The notes: generated by a model from the sequence alone, not told the origin. A stretch of DNA of 64,000 bases from Candidatus Saccharimonadales bacterium (GCA_025451045.1 JANWLD010000001.1:69812-133811), one strand, 5' to 3'. Positions 26,085 through 35,190 are shown, counted from the first letter of the stretch. Translations and numbers: made by a program.

Positions 26085-26867
26085 ATGGCATCGACTGCAG
26101 AGGTGGCTGAAATGATTACAGAATCCAAAAATACGGTAGCACTAACCGGTGCCGGTATTAGTGTTGCCTCCGGAATGCCTACGTTCCGCGATGAGAATGG
26201 AGACCGTCATGACGCCGAATCAAGCCGATGGGCTTACCGCAAGTTTTTTGATGAAGACCCAGCCGCTTGGTACGAGAACTTCTGGCAGTTTTACGACCAA
26301 ATCCGGGACTTGGCACCCTCGGCCGGGCACTTGGCGCTCAAAGATATGGTTGAAGCTTCTGCCATAGATATTGTGATTACGCAGAACGTCGATAGTCTGG
26401 ATCTTTTAGCCGGTACTCCTGAGCCCAAACTCATAGAAGTTCATGGGAATAATCGCGACTTGAGCTGTGCAAATCTGCAAGAGCAGGGGTGCGATTATCA
26501 AATAGTCATGGAGGGCTGGCTGGCAGAAAACGATCAGGAGACATTGCCCGCTTGCCCCGAGGACGGCAATCCGCTGAAACCGGATATGATGCTTGTTAAC
26601 GACACCCACGTGCCTCCTTACGTCAGCAAAGCTTATCATCAGGAAGCTCCGGAAGCCTTGCAGGCAGCAGATACGCTGATGGTGGTCGGAACCTCGTTTT
26701 ATATTCGGACATGGTTTAACGCGGCCCTCTGGTTTGCCGCTCGAGATGAAAGGTCTTTGATTATCGTAAATCCTCAGCCCGGCCCGTTTGACGAATACGC
26801 GCAAGCTGTAATTCACGAACCGGCTGAAGAAGCTTTGCCGGAAATCCGCGACTTGGTAATTAATTAG
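26085..26867 (+). CDS. cobB: NAD-dependent protein deacylase (Sir2 family)
   Basis: 260 aa. LTGAGISVASGMPTFRD, ITQNVDSLD, the EVHGN catalytic His, and a Cys-containing zinc module (CANLQEQGC...CPEDG). Confidence 0.8.
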   Translation: MASTAEVAEMITESKNTVALTGAGISVASGMPTFRDENGDRHDAESSRWAYRKFFDEDPAAWYENFWQFYDQIRDLAPSAGHLALKDMVEASAIDIVITQNVDSLDLLAGTPEPKLIEVHGNNRDLSCANLQEQGCDYQIVMEGWLAENDQETLPACPEDGNPLKPDMMLVNDTHVPPYVSKAYHQEAPEALQAADTLMVVGTSFYIRTWFNAALWFAARDERSLIIVNPQPGPFDEYAQAVIHEPAEEALPEIRDLVIN

Positions 26868-26922
26868 GCTTATGCTTGCATTACGGGCATTAAACCCTCA
26901 GTATTGAAGTAAAGGGATATTT

Positions 26923-27774
26923 ATGGCTCTTGCAGATGTCTTCGGCGGTTTTAAAAGGGGTGTGGTTATACCGGCTATTATTGCCGGTTTTCTTTTGGTA
27001 GTCGCAAATTCGGCAATCTGGGTCAACAGGAACGTTTTTGATACCGCGCGTTTTACCTCTACGGCAGTTGGATCGCTTACATCCGAGTCCAGCCGCCAGG
27101 CTATTGCTTCTGAGATTGTCGACAAAAGCCTAGCTGATTATCCCCGTCTCAAAAGCGTGGTAGACGACAAGGCGACAAATTTTATCAGCGGGCTGCTTGG
27201 CACGGAGCAGGTTGAAAAACTGCTGACGGAGCTTACCACGCGGGCTCAGGTATATGTAACTTCAAGCCATCAGGAATCTATTGTTTTAGATACGCAGGGG
27301 CTAAAAGACAATGTTACGAAACTTATAGACATTACGAACCGGGAAGACAAGACTAGGGTAGATGTCAATAAAATTCCGGATCAAATCGTTTTGGTTGATG
27401 CCGATAAAGTGCCCAGTTTTTATAAATACGGAGTTATAGTTTCCTGGCTGGGTCCTCTTGTGTTACTGGCGGCGATTTTCTGTATTGCCTGGCCTTATTT
27501 CAAACCGGCAAACAGCAAGATAGGCAATTTGTTCGCCCAAGGCTTTATTATTTCACTGATTGCCGGATTCGCCCTGCTGGTTGGCCCGCTGTTCAAACCG
27601 CCGCTTCTTGCCAACATATTGAGCGTAAATAACCGCACGGTCGTGGGAAATATCTATGACGCGTTTATAGCTACATTTAACCAACAAACTTGGGTAATTA
27701 TTATCCTGGGGCTGTTGGCTATGCTTACTGCGGCCGCTTACACGGTTTACCAGGCCGTTCGTAAAAAATCTTAG
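26923..27774 (+). CDS. Hypothetical membrane protein (N-terminal TM, soluble domain, 3-4 C-terminal TMs)
   Basis: 283-aa ORF with clear hydrophobic segments and no recognisable motif. Confidence 0.55.
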   Translation: MALADVFGGFKRGVVIPAIIAGFLLVVANSAIWVNRNVFDTARFTSTAVGSLTSESSRQAIASEIVDKSLADYPRLKSVVDDKATNFISGLLGTEQVEKLLTELTTRAQVYVTSSHQESIVLDTQGLKDNVTKLIDITNREDKTRVDVNKIPDQIVLVDADKVPSFYKYGVIVSWLGPLVLLAAIFCIAWPYFKPANSKIGNLFAQGFIISLIAGFALLVGPLFKPPLLANILSVNNRTVVGNIYDAFIATFNQQTWVIIILGLLAMLTAAAYTVYQAVRKKS

Positions 27775-27894
27775 ACAGAGCATAGTTTTAATAAAGCCGG
27801 AAACCCGTTATAAAGCTTCGTCTTCAGTAAATATCCAAATTGACTTTCATAACTTAGGGTGAAAGACTGGATTTAAGCATTAAAGAGATAAGTT

Positions 27895-28515
27895 ATGGCT
27901 AAGATAAAAACAATATTCGCTTATATACGATGGCTCATCCCGGATTCAGTCGATGTAGTAGTTTATCTAACAATAATTCTTATAAGTTTTTCTCTCAGTA
28001 ATGTTTCCAGCGTTCAGAATGCTTTGTTTTATTCGGACTTGAACATCAAAAGTTCCGTATTGAACTTTATCAGTAGTAATCTGGATAGGTTCTTGCCTGA
28101 AAACATAGCGGCCAATTTAGCAGTTGCTATATTTTGGTTTAGTATAGGCGTTATTACATATTCGCTAATCATTTTCGTTGCTAATATTACCTCTGAAGTC
28201 AGTGATGATCTGGCGATAGATAAATATGTATATCCCGTAGGATCCGACAAATATGGCCGTATCAAGCATTTCTTGGCGTTGAACTCTGAAAGAATTGTTG
28301 GAACGTTTCTGTTGATTATGCTCTTAAGGTTTTTATTTAACGACCTTCTCCCAAAATGGTCAGAAATCTACCGTGACGTAGTTGTGCAGTGGCCGCCCAG
28401 CCAAGAATTAATTATCAAATTGCTTGGAACCGTTGTTGCTGAGTTTTTGACCTTGCACTTAATAGTAGTCCTTTTGCGATTAATCATACTGAGGCGAAGA
28501 GCATTCGGACTTTAA
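27895..28515 (+). CDS. Hypothetical membrane protein, AT-rich gene
   Basis: 206 aa with 4 hydrophobic helices. Hand count of 120 nt (27901-28020) gives about 33% G+C, against about 50% in typical neighbouring genes. Confidence 0.5.
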   Translation: MAKIKTIFAYIRWLIPDSVDVVVYLTIILISFSLSNVSSVQNALFYSDLNIKSSVLNFISSNLDRFLPENIAANLAVAIFWFSIGVITYSLIIFVANITSEVSDDLAIDKYVYPVGSDKYGRIKHFLALNSERIVGTFLLIMLLRFLFNDLLPKWSEIYRDVVVQWPPSQELIIKLLGTVVAEFLTLHLIVVLLRLIILRRRAFGL

Positions 28516-30059
28516 AGAGGGGCGACCTTGGATAAGGGCTGTAGGTTGCCAAAGCTGCCTGGCGCATAATACGCGGAGCTTATGGCGGCTTTGAACGCGT
28601 CTTGGGAGGCTTGGCTGGATTCTATAGGCCACTGCTGATTCACTCCATTCTCATAGATAGGCCAGTTGAACCATACGAAGGCTTTAACTTTAGGGAAGTT
28701 TACCGGTAACTGGCTGCTAAGGGTATCGCTTACCCAAGCTGATTTGGTTCCGCCGCCTTCATTTGACGCTGTTTCGCCAATCATTATCGGTTTGGTCGAG
28801 GCAATGCTAAGTAGCTCATTATATGTAGGCTGGATCACTGTTGAGAAACTGCGCCAAGAATCTGCCTTACCTCCGCTAGTCCCGCTGTTATAGCCGTCAA
28901 CGCATGTCCAGTCAACATAACTTCCGCCCGGGTAGAGTTGGCTAAGCGGAGTACTGCCTGTGAATGTCGTATTCGGGCACCATACCCAAGTGACGTTAGT
29001 GGCTCCTTGGGCATTAACCACATCGTGAATATGCTTCCATGCCGCTACATATGTGCTCGGGCTCTGTTTTGCTTGAGCACCCCAAGAAAACCAAGTTCCG
29101 TTCATTTCCCAGTTCCAACGGAAAAAGAAAGGCTTACCCCAAGCTTTGACGGATTGAGCCCAGCTCGTGATAGACGAATCGTATTTACCAGCCGCTATGT
29201 CGGCCAATGGTACTGATTTTGAGCTCATGTCCATCATTGGAATAGCTCCGCGGCCGGTAATAATGTTAGCCGGACCGCTTGCGAATTGTTGCTCCCACAT
29301 CGGGGGCTGGCCGTAGTGGAGTATCGATACTTTCTTACCTGCGTGACTTTCAAACAAGTTCCATGTAGTCGTATCCCATGGAGCATCTCCCCTGCCGCTA
29401 CTACTGCCTCCGTAAGAATCGCCGTCTATCCAAGAACCCCAATATATTGAATTTGCAATGGGCGTCGTTGATGTAGTTGGAGTTGGTTCAGTTGGAGTTG
29501 GTGTTGGAGTCGGTTGAGTCGTTGCGACCTGGGCATATATGGTGACCACATCCAGATATAACGGCCGGCAGCTACTCATATTGCTAAAACTGAAGCTTAG
29601 ATTATGAGTTCCAGAAGTTATGCCGCCAGAGATGTATTGTTTCCAGCTACTAGAGGATACGCTAGTCGTAGACAATATTGTGGTAGCGTCTGATTTTATG
29701 TTTACTCCAGGCCATCTACCCTTGCATTTGGTGCCTTTTGCCTTTAGTTGCAAAGACGAGGCATTAGCACTAAGGCTGATGTTTGCCGTAGCCGTACCAT
29801 TAGCTGTAACTTTGACTACTTTACCTCCGCTAGCAGTAGCGTCGGTAATGATGCTGGATCCTGCCGGCAATTGCATCTGTTCTGACTCTAAAACAGCAAG
29901 CACGGGCGTCGAAGCCACGCTTTTGTATATCAGATAAGTGCCAAATATGGAGAATAAAACAGCAAATATGACGAGCTGTTTTATTGAAAATTTAAAGTTT
30001 CTTCTAAAGGCTTTGATTTTAACTTGTTTTTTTGATTTTACCATTTGAATATATTTCAT
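28512..30059 (-). CDS. Secreted glycoside hydrolase, GH26-like (mannanase family), with N-terminal carbohydrate-binding-like domain and TP-rich linker
   Basis: 515 aa. N-terminal anchor or signal sequence, linker TTQPTPTPTPTEPTPTTSTTP, and a catalytic region with FFFRWNWEMNGTWFSWG (compare the GH26 HEMNGxWFWWG acid/base region) and MIGETAS (candidate nucleophile Glu). Confidence 0.65.
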   Translation of the reverse strand: MKYIQMVKSKKQVKIKAFRRNFKFSIKQLVIFAVLFSIFGTYLIYKSVASTPVLAVLESEQMQLPAGSSIITDATASGGKVVKVTANGTATANISLSANASSLQLKAKGTKCKGRWPGVNIKSDATTILSTTSVSSSSWKQYISGGITSGTHNLSFSFSNMSSCRPLYLDVVTIYAQVATTQPTPTPTPTEPTPTTSTTPIANSIYWGSWIDGDSYGGSSSGRGDAPWDTTTWNLFESHAGKKVSILHYGQPPMWEQQFASGPANIITGRGAIPMMDMSSKSVPLADIAAGKYDSSITSWAQSVKAWGKPFFFRWNWEMNGTWFSWGAQAKQSPSTYVAAWKHIHDVVNAQGATNVTWVWCPNTTFTGSTPLSQLYPGGSYVDWTCVDGYNSGTSGGKADSWRSFSTVIQPTYNELLSIASTKPIMIGETASNEGGGTKSAWVSDTLSSQLPVNFPKVKAFVWFNWPIYENGVNQQWPIESSQASQDAFKAAISSAYYAPGSFGNLQPLSKVAPL

Positions 30060-30167
30060 TTTAAGTTTTGCTTACGCTTATTTTCGGTCAAAGCGTTTTA
30101 TCTGTCAAGTCGCAGAACCGAAGGTATGGTTACCATGCTAAGCCCAACCTAAAGATTGGAATTGGCA

Positions 30168-30244
30168 TGGTACACCCGACAGGATTCGAACCTGTGACCT
30201 CCGGCTCCGCAAGCCGACGTTCTATCCAGCTGAACTACGGGTGC
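30168..30244 (-). tRNA. tRNA-Arg (anticodon GCG), CCA encoded
   Basis: Reverse complement GCACCCGTAGTTCAGCTGGATAGAACGTCGGCTTGCGGAGCCGAGGTCACAGGTTCGAATCCTGTCGGGTGTACCA. Anticodon stem TCGGC/GCCGA with loop TTGCGGA, and a G1-U72 wobble. Confidence 0.85.
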
Positions 30245-30324
30245 TTATTAACGGGGGTTATTCTAGCATCAAAGTATGAAAAACTAAAGTAACAACAATT
30301 TATTTTTGCTATAATGGCAACTCA

Positions 30325-31278
30325 ATGAAAAAGATAGATGTAGAACTAAGAGGGAGTACCGGTTATGTCGGCGAAGAACTTCTGGGAGTGCTGGAAAGCC
30401 ATCCGGGGGTAGGCCGGATTGATTGCGTGCAGGCTGAAGATGAACCCAGCGAAAGAGCCGAAACTTCTTTTTTAGCATTGCCGCCCGGTTTGTCCGGTGA
30501 GGTAGCAGGGCATTTGGTAAAAGCCGGTAAGATGGTTATTGATTTATCGGGAGATTTGCGTTTTGAGGATCCCAAGCAATATGAGAAATGGTATCAAAAG
30601 CCGCATCCGGCACCGAATTTATTGCCGGTTGTCTATGGCCTGCCTGAAATGAATAGGGACGAGATACGCGGCAGCTGGATTGTATCAGTCCCGGGTTGCT
30701 ACCCAACAGCAACTCTGCTGGGACTTTTACCATTGATAGAAAATGGCCTTTTGGAACCTGATAAAAGCCTGATTGTTACGGCCTTTTCCGGATATTCGGG
30801 TGCCGGCAAAAAGGGTCCGGGCGGGGAAACGGATGACCAAGTTTTATACAGCATGGGCAGGGATCACAGGCATGTTGGTGAAATGGAACAATTTACAGGC
30901 AACAATAATATTAATTTTATGGCTACGAGGTCCGATAACATTTTCCGGGGGTTACTTTCAACTATTGGCGCCGTATTACGAAATGGGGTTGAAGCCGGAG
31001 ACGTCAGGGAAGCCTTTGTACAAAAGTATGCAGACGAGCCTTTTGTAAAAATGCTTGAAGATGGTGAAAAGCTAAGCCAAACATACGCCGCCGATACGGA
31101 CTTGTGTGCCATCCTTCAAAAAATAACTGTTGGCAGGGATACTGACATCACGGCCTTGCTTGCCAGCAACATTGACAACTTGCGCAAAGGCTCAGCGACC
31201 CAAGCTATCCAATGCTTTAACCTAATGCATGCTTTTGACGAAACAACCGGTTTGACGCCTAAAAGCGCAGCTTCTTAG
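30325..31278 (+). CDS. argC: N-acetyl-gamma-glutamyl-phosphate reductase
   Basis: 317 aa. GSTGYVG NAD(P) loop, YGLPEMNRDEI, and SVPGCYPTA with the active-site Cys. Confidence 0.9.
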   Translation: MKKIDVELRGSTGYVGEELLGVLESHPGVGRIDCVQAEDEPSERAETSFLALPPGLSGEVAGHLVKAGKMVIDLSGDLRFEDPKQYEKWYQKPHPAPNLLPVVYGLPEMNRDEIRGSWIVSVPGCYPTATLLGLLPLIENGLLEPDKSLIVTAFSGYSGAGKKGPGGETDDQVLYSMGRDHRHVGEMEQFTGNNNINFMATRSDNIFRGLLSTIGAVLRNGVEAGDVREAFVQKYADEPFVKMLEDGEKLSQTYAADTDLCAILQKITVGRDTDITALLASNIDNLRKGSATQAIQCFNLMHAFDETTGLTPKSAAS

Positions 31279-31831
31279 CCAGCCTGTCGATAGATTTCTC
31301 AATATGCTCATCATGGGGCAAATGCGCTGATAGGAAATCAACTATCGCGGTTTCCTGTTCCGGCGGAAAGTATAACGAAATATCTGGCATTAGCCGTTTA
31401 AGCGGCATCAGGTTGATGCTCTTTATGCCGCCCTCCTGCATCAGGTCAAAAGATTTGAACATTCCATAATCATAAAACCTTTCGCCAATCTGGATGCCTT
31501 GATTGTTTATTTCATACGGCAGTTGCCGGGGTTTTCTGTTGATGGTCAGGGCAAAGATAATACCAGCAATAATAATCACCGCGGAAGAAATGTAATCTTT
31601 GGTAAGGAAGTAGGCCAAACCGCCCAAAGCGGCCAGGCCGGCAAAGAAAAGTACATGCCAGCCGGCGCCTTTATGGGTATCAATGAATTCCGAAGCAGTC
31701 CAAGTTATTGGCTCCTGCGGTTTTTTTTGTTCAGCCGAAGGATTTTCGGCCGGTTCAATAGAAGCCGCAACGTTTTCATCAGGTTTGTACGCCCAGTTGG
31801 AATCATTGTCCGTACTGTCATTATCAGGCAT
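31259..31831 (-). CDS. Hypothetical membrane protein (two TM helices followed by a soluble domain)
   Basis: 190 aa with a TM pair (WHVLFFAGLAALGGLAYFL / AVIIIAGIIFALTI). Convergently overlaps the argC 3' end by 20 nt. Confidence 0.55.
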   Translation of the reverse strand: MPDNDSTDNDSNWAYKPDENVAASIEPAENPSAEQKKPQEPITWTASEFIDTHKGAGWHVLFFAGLAALGGLAYFLTKDYISSAVIIIAGIIFALTINRKPRQLPYEINNQGIQIGERFYDYGMFKSFDLMQEGGIKSINLMPLKRLMPDISLYFPPEQETAIVDFLSAHLPHDEHIEKSIDRLAKKLRF

Positions 31832-31832
31832 A

Positions 31833-32046
31833 CCTAGTAGTAGACTTTCTGTCGATTTAAATTTTTCATCTCAATCATCTGTTTCCTTAACATCCTTTTT
31901 AACGCTTGGTCTCCTGCTGTGGTCTTTAAATACTTCTCGCGTCTTTTGGCATCATCTTTATTTCTGTGCGCTTCGTAGTATATCAATTCCCAGGGGCGAT
32001 AAGGTTTGGTAGAAAAATTTAAATCGACAGAAAGTCTACTACTAGG
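31833..32046. repeat. Perfect 35-bp inverted repeat pair separated by 144 bp
   Basis: 31833-31867 (cctagtagtagactttctgtcgatttaaatttttc) is the exact reverse complement of 32012-32046. The pair brackets the GIY-YIG remnant and starts 2 nt from the start codon of the 31259-31831 gene. Confidence 0.9.
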
Positions 32047-32055
32047 CATAAGCAT
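31834..32055 (-). pseudogene. Truncated GIY-YIG (UPF0213-like) nuclease gene remnant
   Basis: The 73-aa ORF retains only the C-terminal half of the small GIY-YIG family (RPWELIYYEAHRNKDDAKRREKYLKTTAGDQALKRML). The N-terminal GIY and YIG motifs are absent. Both ends of the ORF are formed by the 35-bp inverted repeat. Confidence 0.5.
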
Positions 32056-32315
32056 ATTGTAGCCAATGGAGCGCAGATTAACCAGTACTGATAAAGCTAT
32101 CTGATTATAGATTGGCGGGGAAGATAGCGCACATTTTTGGCTACGCCAAAAACACTTTTCCGCTTGCTTGAAAAGAAAATATCCGCCGTTAATGGATGCT
32201 TTCTTTTCTACGCTTCGCTACACCGAACTCCCCGTTCCCCGCCATTGGCGGGTCACTCATTTGAGCTCTAATCCCCCAACATGAAAAACGCCAGACACAA
32301 GTCTGCCGATTTTCA

Positions 32316-32408
32316 TGGCGGAGAGGGGGAGATTCGAACTCCCGCGGGGGATTTCTCCCCCCTAACGATTTAGCAAACCGTCCCCTTCAGCCACTTGGGT
32401 ACCTCTCC
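32316..32408 (-). tRNA. tRNA-Ser (anticodon GCU), CCA encoded
   Basis: Reverse complement GGAGAGGTACCCAAGTGGCTGAAGGGGACGGTTTGCTAAATCGTTAGGGGGGAGAAATCCCCCGCGGGAGTTCGAATCTCCCCCTCTCCGCCA. Anticodon loop TTGCTAA and a long variable arm. Confidence 0.9.
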
Positions 32409-32488
32409 TCATCGCAATCCAGCAGCTTTATTGGCAAACCAAGACGTTACTTTGGCTTGCCAGGCATGCTTGCTAATTGCTCCTCTCA

Positions 32489-32530
32489 GTTTTGCATACA
32501 CTGAGTTCGCATGCAAAACTGGCTATTTTT
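32489..32530 (+). terminator. Terminator-like hairpin with no obvious upstream plus-strand gene
   Basis: gttttgcat (32489-32497) pairs with atgcaaaac (32511-32519), a perfect 9-bp stem, followed by tggctattttt. Confidence 0.35.
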
Positions 32531-32605
32531 AAAATAACAGATGTAAAGTATAGCAATATTAGCCCATAATGTCACTTTAAGCCACTAAGGATATATAATT
32601 GAATC

Positions 32606-32881
32606 ATGAGCTCAGAAGCTAATGGACCGCAACAGGATTTTCCGAGCAGCCTTTATGGCGAGCCGGCTCCTCCAGCAGACAATGGTGCAATTGCAGAGGC
32701 ACGAGAAGAGGCCGAAGCCGAGCAACTGGCAGTGCCAATTGCTGAAGAGGTTATCGACGAAACTGAAGGCCAAGCACTCCGGGGTATACAAAACAAGGAA
32801 ACAAAGCTTGGTGACGAAGCGGCCAAAGAGCTTTATCCTGGTAATGACGAGCAGCCGCCCTCTGTTGACAGCGTTCAATAA
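32606..32881 (+). CDS. Hypothetical small acidic protein
   Basis: 91-aa ORF (E/A/P-rich) with no motif or convincing RBS. It competes with overlapping ORFs in other frames. Confidence 0.35.
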   Translation: MSSEANGPQQDFPSSLYGEPAPPADNGAIAEAREEAEAEQLAVPIAEEVIDETEGQALRGIQNKETKLGDEAAKELYPGNDEQPPSVDSVQ

Positions 32882-32906
32882 ATCATACTCATGCCAAGCC
32901 AAGAAA

Positions 32907-33584
32907 CTAATTGACCGGCTGGGCAAAGACAGCGACGTCGACGGTTTTTGCTCCGGTATCTTTGAGCACTTTGGCCGCGGCTTCAATGGTCGCGCCGGTG
33001 GTAGTTATGTCATCCACCAAAAGTACGTGTCTGCCGGCTACTTTGGCGTTTCGGCTCAGATGCAAGGCTTTTTCAAGGTGTGCGAACCGTTCCTTGCGGC
33101 CCGAGCCTACCTGCCGGGATTTGCCGGTCCTAACAAGCAACGGCTGATATTGCCAGCCTCTTAATCTGCACAGGTTCTCGGCTATAAGTTTTGACTGGTC
33201 ATAGCCCCGCTTTCTGACCCGGCTGTTGGCGGTCGGTACGTGGCTAACTATTATTTCCGCGGGAAGTTGCGGAAGAGTATCCGCTATTATCTCGGCGATG
33301 GTTAAGCTGCCGGCTTTGGCCCGGCCGAATTTAAGTTTGTAAATGAGTTTCTTGGCCGCGTCTTTGTATTCCACGGCTATCCAGGTATGGCTGATCTTTG
33401 TACTGCTTTTGCAACTAACACAAACCCGGCTTTGAGCAGTCAATGCGTGACAGCGATAACAGCGGGCAGGCGGCGGTAGCAAAGAAGTGCTCTGACAGGC
33501 TGTACAAAGCAGTTCGCCAGTAAATCCGCAAATAATACAACGATGCGGCGCTACTAAAGAAACAGTCTTTTCCAAAATATTCAT
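32907..33584 (-). CDS. comFC: ComF-family phosphoribosyltransferase-domain protein (competence protein ComFC-like)
   Basis: 225 aa. N-terminal double CxxC zinc finger (CIICG...CTAC...CYRC...CVSC) and a C-terminal PRTase motif VLLVDDITTTGATI. Confidence 0.8.
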   Translation of the reverse strand: MNILEKTVSLVAPHRCIICGFTGELLCTACQSTSLLPPPARCYRCHALTAQSRVCVSCKSSTKISHTWIAVEYKDAAKKLIYKLKFGRAKAGSLTIAEIIADTLPQLPAEIIVSHVPTANSRVRKRGYDQSKLIAENLCRLRGWQYQPLLVRTGKSRQVGSGRKERFAHLEKALHLSRNAKVAGRHVLLVDDITTTGATIEAAAKVLKDTGAKTVDVAVFAQPVN

Positions 33585-33661
33585 ATCTGTTAATTTACCT
33601 TCGACTTAGCCAAAATGGCCCCAGTTGTAATTTTTGTGTTGTAAATAAGTATATAGGACGG

Positions 33662-33689
33662 TTGCTTACGGTAAAATGTACTTTATACT
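33662..33689 (+). promoter_or_regulatory. Candidate sigma-70 promoter of hsp20
   Basis: TTGCTT (33662-33667), a 16-nt spacer, then TATACT (33684-33689), about 70 nt upstream of the ATG. Flanked by the 7-bp inverted repeat aggacgg/ccgtcct. Confidence 0.3.
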
Positions 33690-33761
33690 AATAAGTAACA
33701 TAAAAATCCGTCCTTACAAAGAAAACAATCTAACCAAAGATAAACCTCGGAGGGTAAAATT

Positions 33762-34235
33762 ATGGCGCGTAAAAGCCGCGATCAAGATTTATTGATGGAA
33801 GACGAATTGACGGCTGCATTTCTTGGAGATGACGAAGTTGCTTCTTCAGCTTCCACCACGGACGAACCGCAAGATGTAGCGGAAGAAGAATGGGACGAAG
33901 AGGACGCGGTTCCCGGCCAATTGGCTGTTGACGTCTATGAAACCAAAGAAAAACTAATTGTCAAAGCCCGCACAGCCGGAGTCAACAAACAGGATTTGGA
34001 TGTCAGCCTATCTGATAATACTTTGAGTATCCGCGGCACATTGAGCGCCGGCGGGGAGCATGAAGTAGAAAACTACTTCGTCCAAGAGTGTTACTGGGGC
34101 GAATTCAGCCGTAGCATCGCGCTTCCAGTGCCAGTTAAAGAGGATGAAGTCGAAGCAGTTCTTAAAGATGGAGTTTTGACCATAACTTTTGTTAAGGTCA
34201 ACCAAGAAACCGTTAAGAAAATACAAATTCAATAA
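33762..34235 (+). CDS. Hsp20/alpha-crystallin small heat-shock protein
   Basis: 157 aa. Acidic N-terminus followed by an ACD (LAVDVYETKEKLIVKARTAGVNKQDLDVSLSDNTLSIRG...ALPVPVKEDEVEAVLKDGVLTITF). Confidence 0.9.
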   Translation: MARKSRDQDLLMEDELTAAFLGDDEVASSASTTDEPQDVAEEEWDEEDAVPGQLAVDVYETKEKLIVKARTAGVNKQDLDVSLSDNTLSIRGTLSAGGEHEVENYFVQECYWGEFSRSIALPVPVKEDEVEAVLKDGVLTITFVKVNQETVKKIQIQ

Positions 34236-34256
34236 AGCGTTAGCCCTTTGGACTTT

Positions 34257-34284
34257 AAACTCCCCGTTTACCGGGGAGTTTTTA
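34257..34284. terminator. Bidirectional rho-independent terminator shared by hsp20 and the pilin operon
   Basis: aaactccccg-tttac-cggggagttt, a 10-bp stem flanked by A-rich and T-rich runs on both sides. It overlaps the stop codon of the last pilin gene. Confidence 0.65.
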
Positions 34285-34743
34285 AGCTAGAACCTTATTT
34301 ATTACAAATTTAACTATTATTTGAGCAAAGGCGACTATTAGAAGGCCGGCCAGTGCATAAAGTATCGCGTTTCTGCCGGTTTTGGTAGCTTCTGGATTAC
34401 CGGAAGAAGTCAAGAACTTGAAACCGCCGTAGATTATCATAAAGACAGCAGCAATCCCGGCGATTATTGAAACTACGTTTATCACATCGTTTATGAGTTT
34501 GGTTACGCGATTTTCGGCTGTTTGCGTCCCACTTTTGCCGGTATCAACGAAGTTGCCGTGCGAGTCTTTGGTTTTGCCGCAACCGGCTCCCTGTTGCTGG
34601 ATTGACAAGTTGGCTCCGGTACACAGATCATGCTCGCTATTTAAGTCTGCCGCGCGCGCAGCCGGCGATAAAAGAAAAACAGCCGCGCAGATTGCGGCTA
34701 ATAGTAGCGTGAATTTTCTTAGGGAAAGAGTCCTGCCCAACAT
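34282..34743 (-). CDS. VirB2/TrbC-like T4SS pilin paralog (array position 9, most distal)
   Basis: 153 aa. Signal peptide ending ARA, a 2-Cys variable region (CTGANLSIQQQGAGC), then a conserved two-helix hairpin VVSIIAGIAAVFMIIYGGFKFLTSSGNPEATKTGRNAILYALAGLLIVAFAQIIVKFV. Confidence 0.7.
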   Translation of the reverse strand: MLGRTLSLRKFTLLLAAICAAVFLLSPAARAADLNSEHDLCTGANLSIQQQGAGCGKTKDSHGNFVDTGKSGTQTAENRVTKLINDVINVVSIIAGIAAVFMIIYGGFKFLTSSGNPEATKTGRNAILYALAGLLIVAFAQIIVKFVINKVLA

Positions 34744-34754
34744 ATCGCTACAGC

Positions 34755-35171
34755 TTAAGTTATCTTACTCAACACAAACTTAACGATGATTTGCGCTAAC
34801 GCGACGATTACCAAACCGATAAGAGCGTAGAGGATGATATTGCGGGCCGTTTTGGTATTTTCCGGGTTGCCTGCGGAGGTGATATAGCGGAAACCGCCGT
34901 AGATTATCATGATGACCGCCAGTATACCGACTACTACAGAGATGAAGTTAACGACATCCGCTATTAATTGATCGGCTTTGCTTTCAGCGCTTTTGCCATT
35001 AACCTGGCAATCGCCGCTGCCGTTTAAGCTCAAGTCCGCGCCTTGGCATAGCTGGCTTTTTCTGACTTGGGCCGAAGCAGTTGGAACAACCGGCGCTATC
35101 AGCATTAACAGCAGGAATAAACCTGAAAACAGCCAGGCAAGTCTTTTGCTGAAAGTATATTGGGCGTACAT
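34755..35171 (-). CDS. VirB2/TrbC-like T4SS pilin paralog (position 8)
   Basis: 138 aa. Signal peptide ending ASA, the Cys pair CQGADLSLNGSGDC, and the hairpin ISVVVGILAVIMIIYGGFRYITSAGNPENTKTARNIILYALIGLVIVALAQIIVKFV. Confidence 0.7.
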   Translation of the reverse strand: MYAQYTFSKRLAWLFSGLFLLLMLIAPVVPTASAQVRKSQLCQGADLSLNGSGDCQVNGKSAESKADQLIADVVNFISVVVGILAVIMIIYGGFRYITSAGNPENTKTARNIILYALIGLVIVALAQIIVKFVLSKIT

Positions 35172-35190
35172 TTTATAAATATTTCAGTTT

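Noticed and set aside
32612-33164. Overlapping ORFs 32612-32986 (minus strand, 124 aa) and 32622-33164 (plus strand, 180 aa).
   Set aside because: The second is antisense to the well-supported comFC gene. The first overlaps both the acidic ORF and the comFC 3' end. Neither has motifs, and both are rich in Arg, Leu and Ser as expected for out-of-frame reads.
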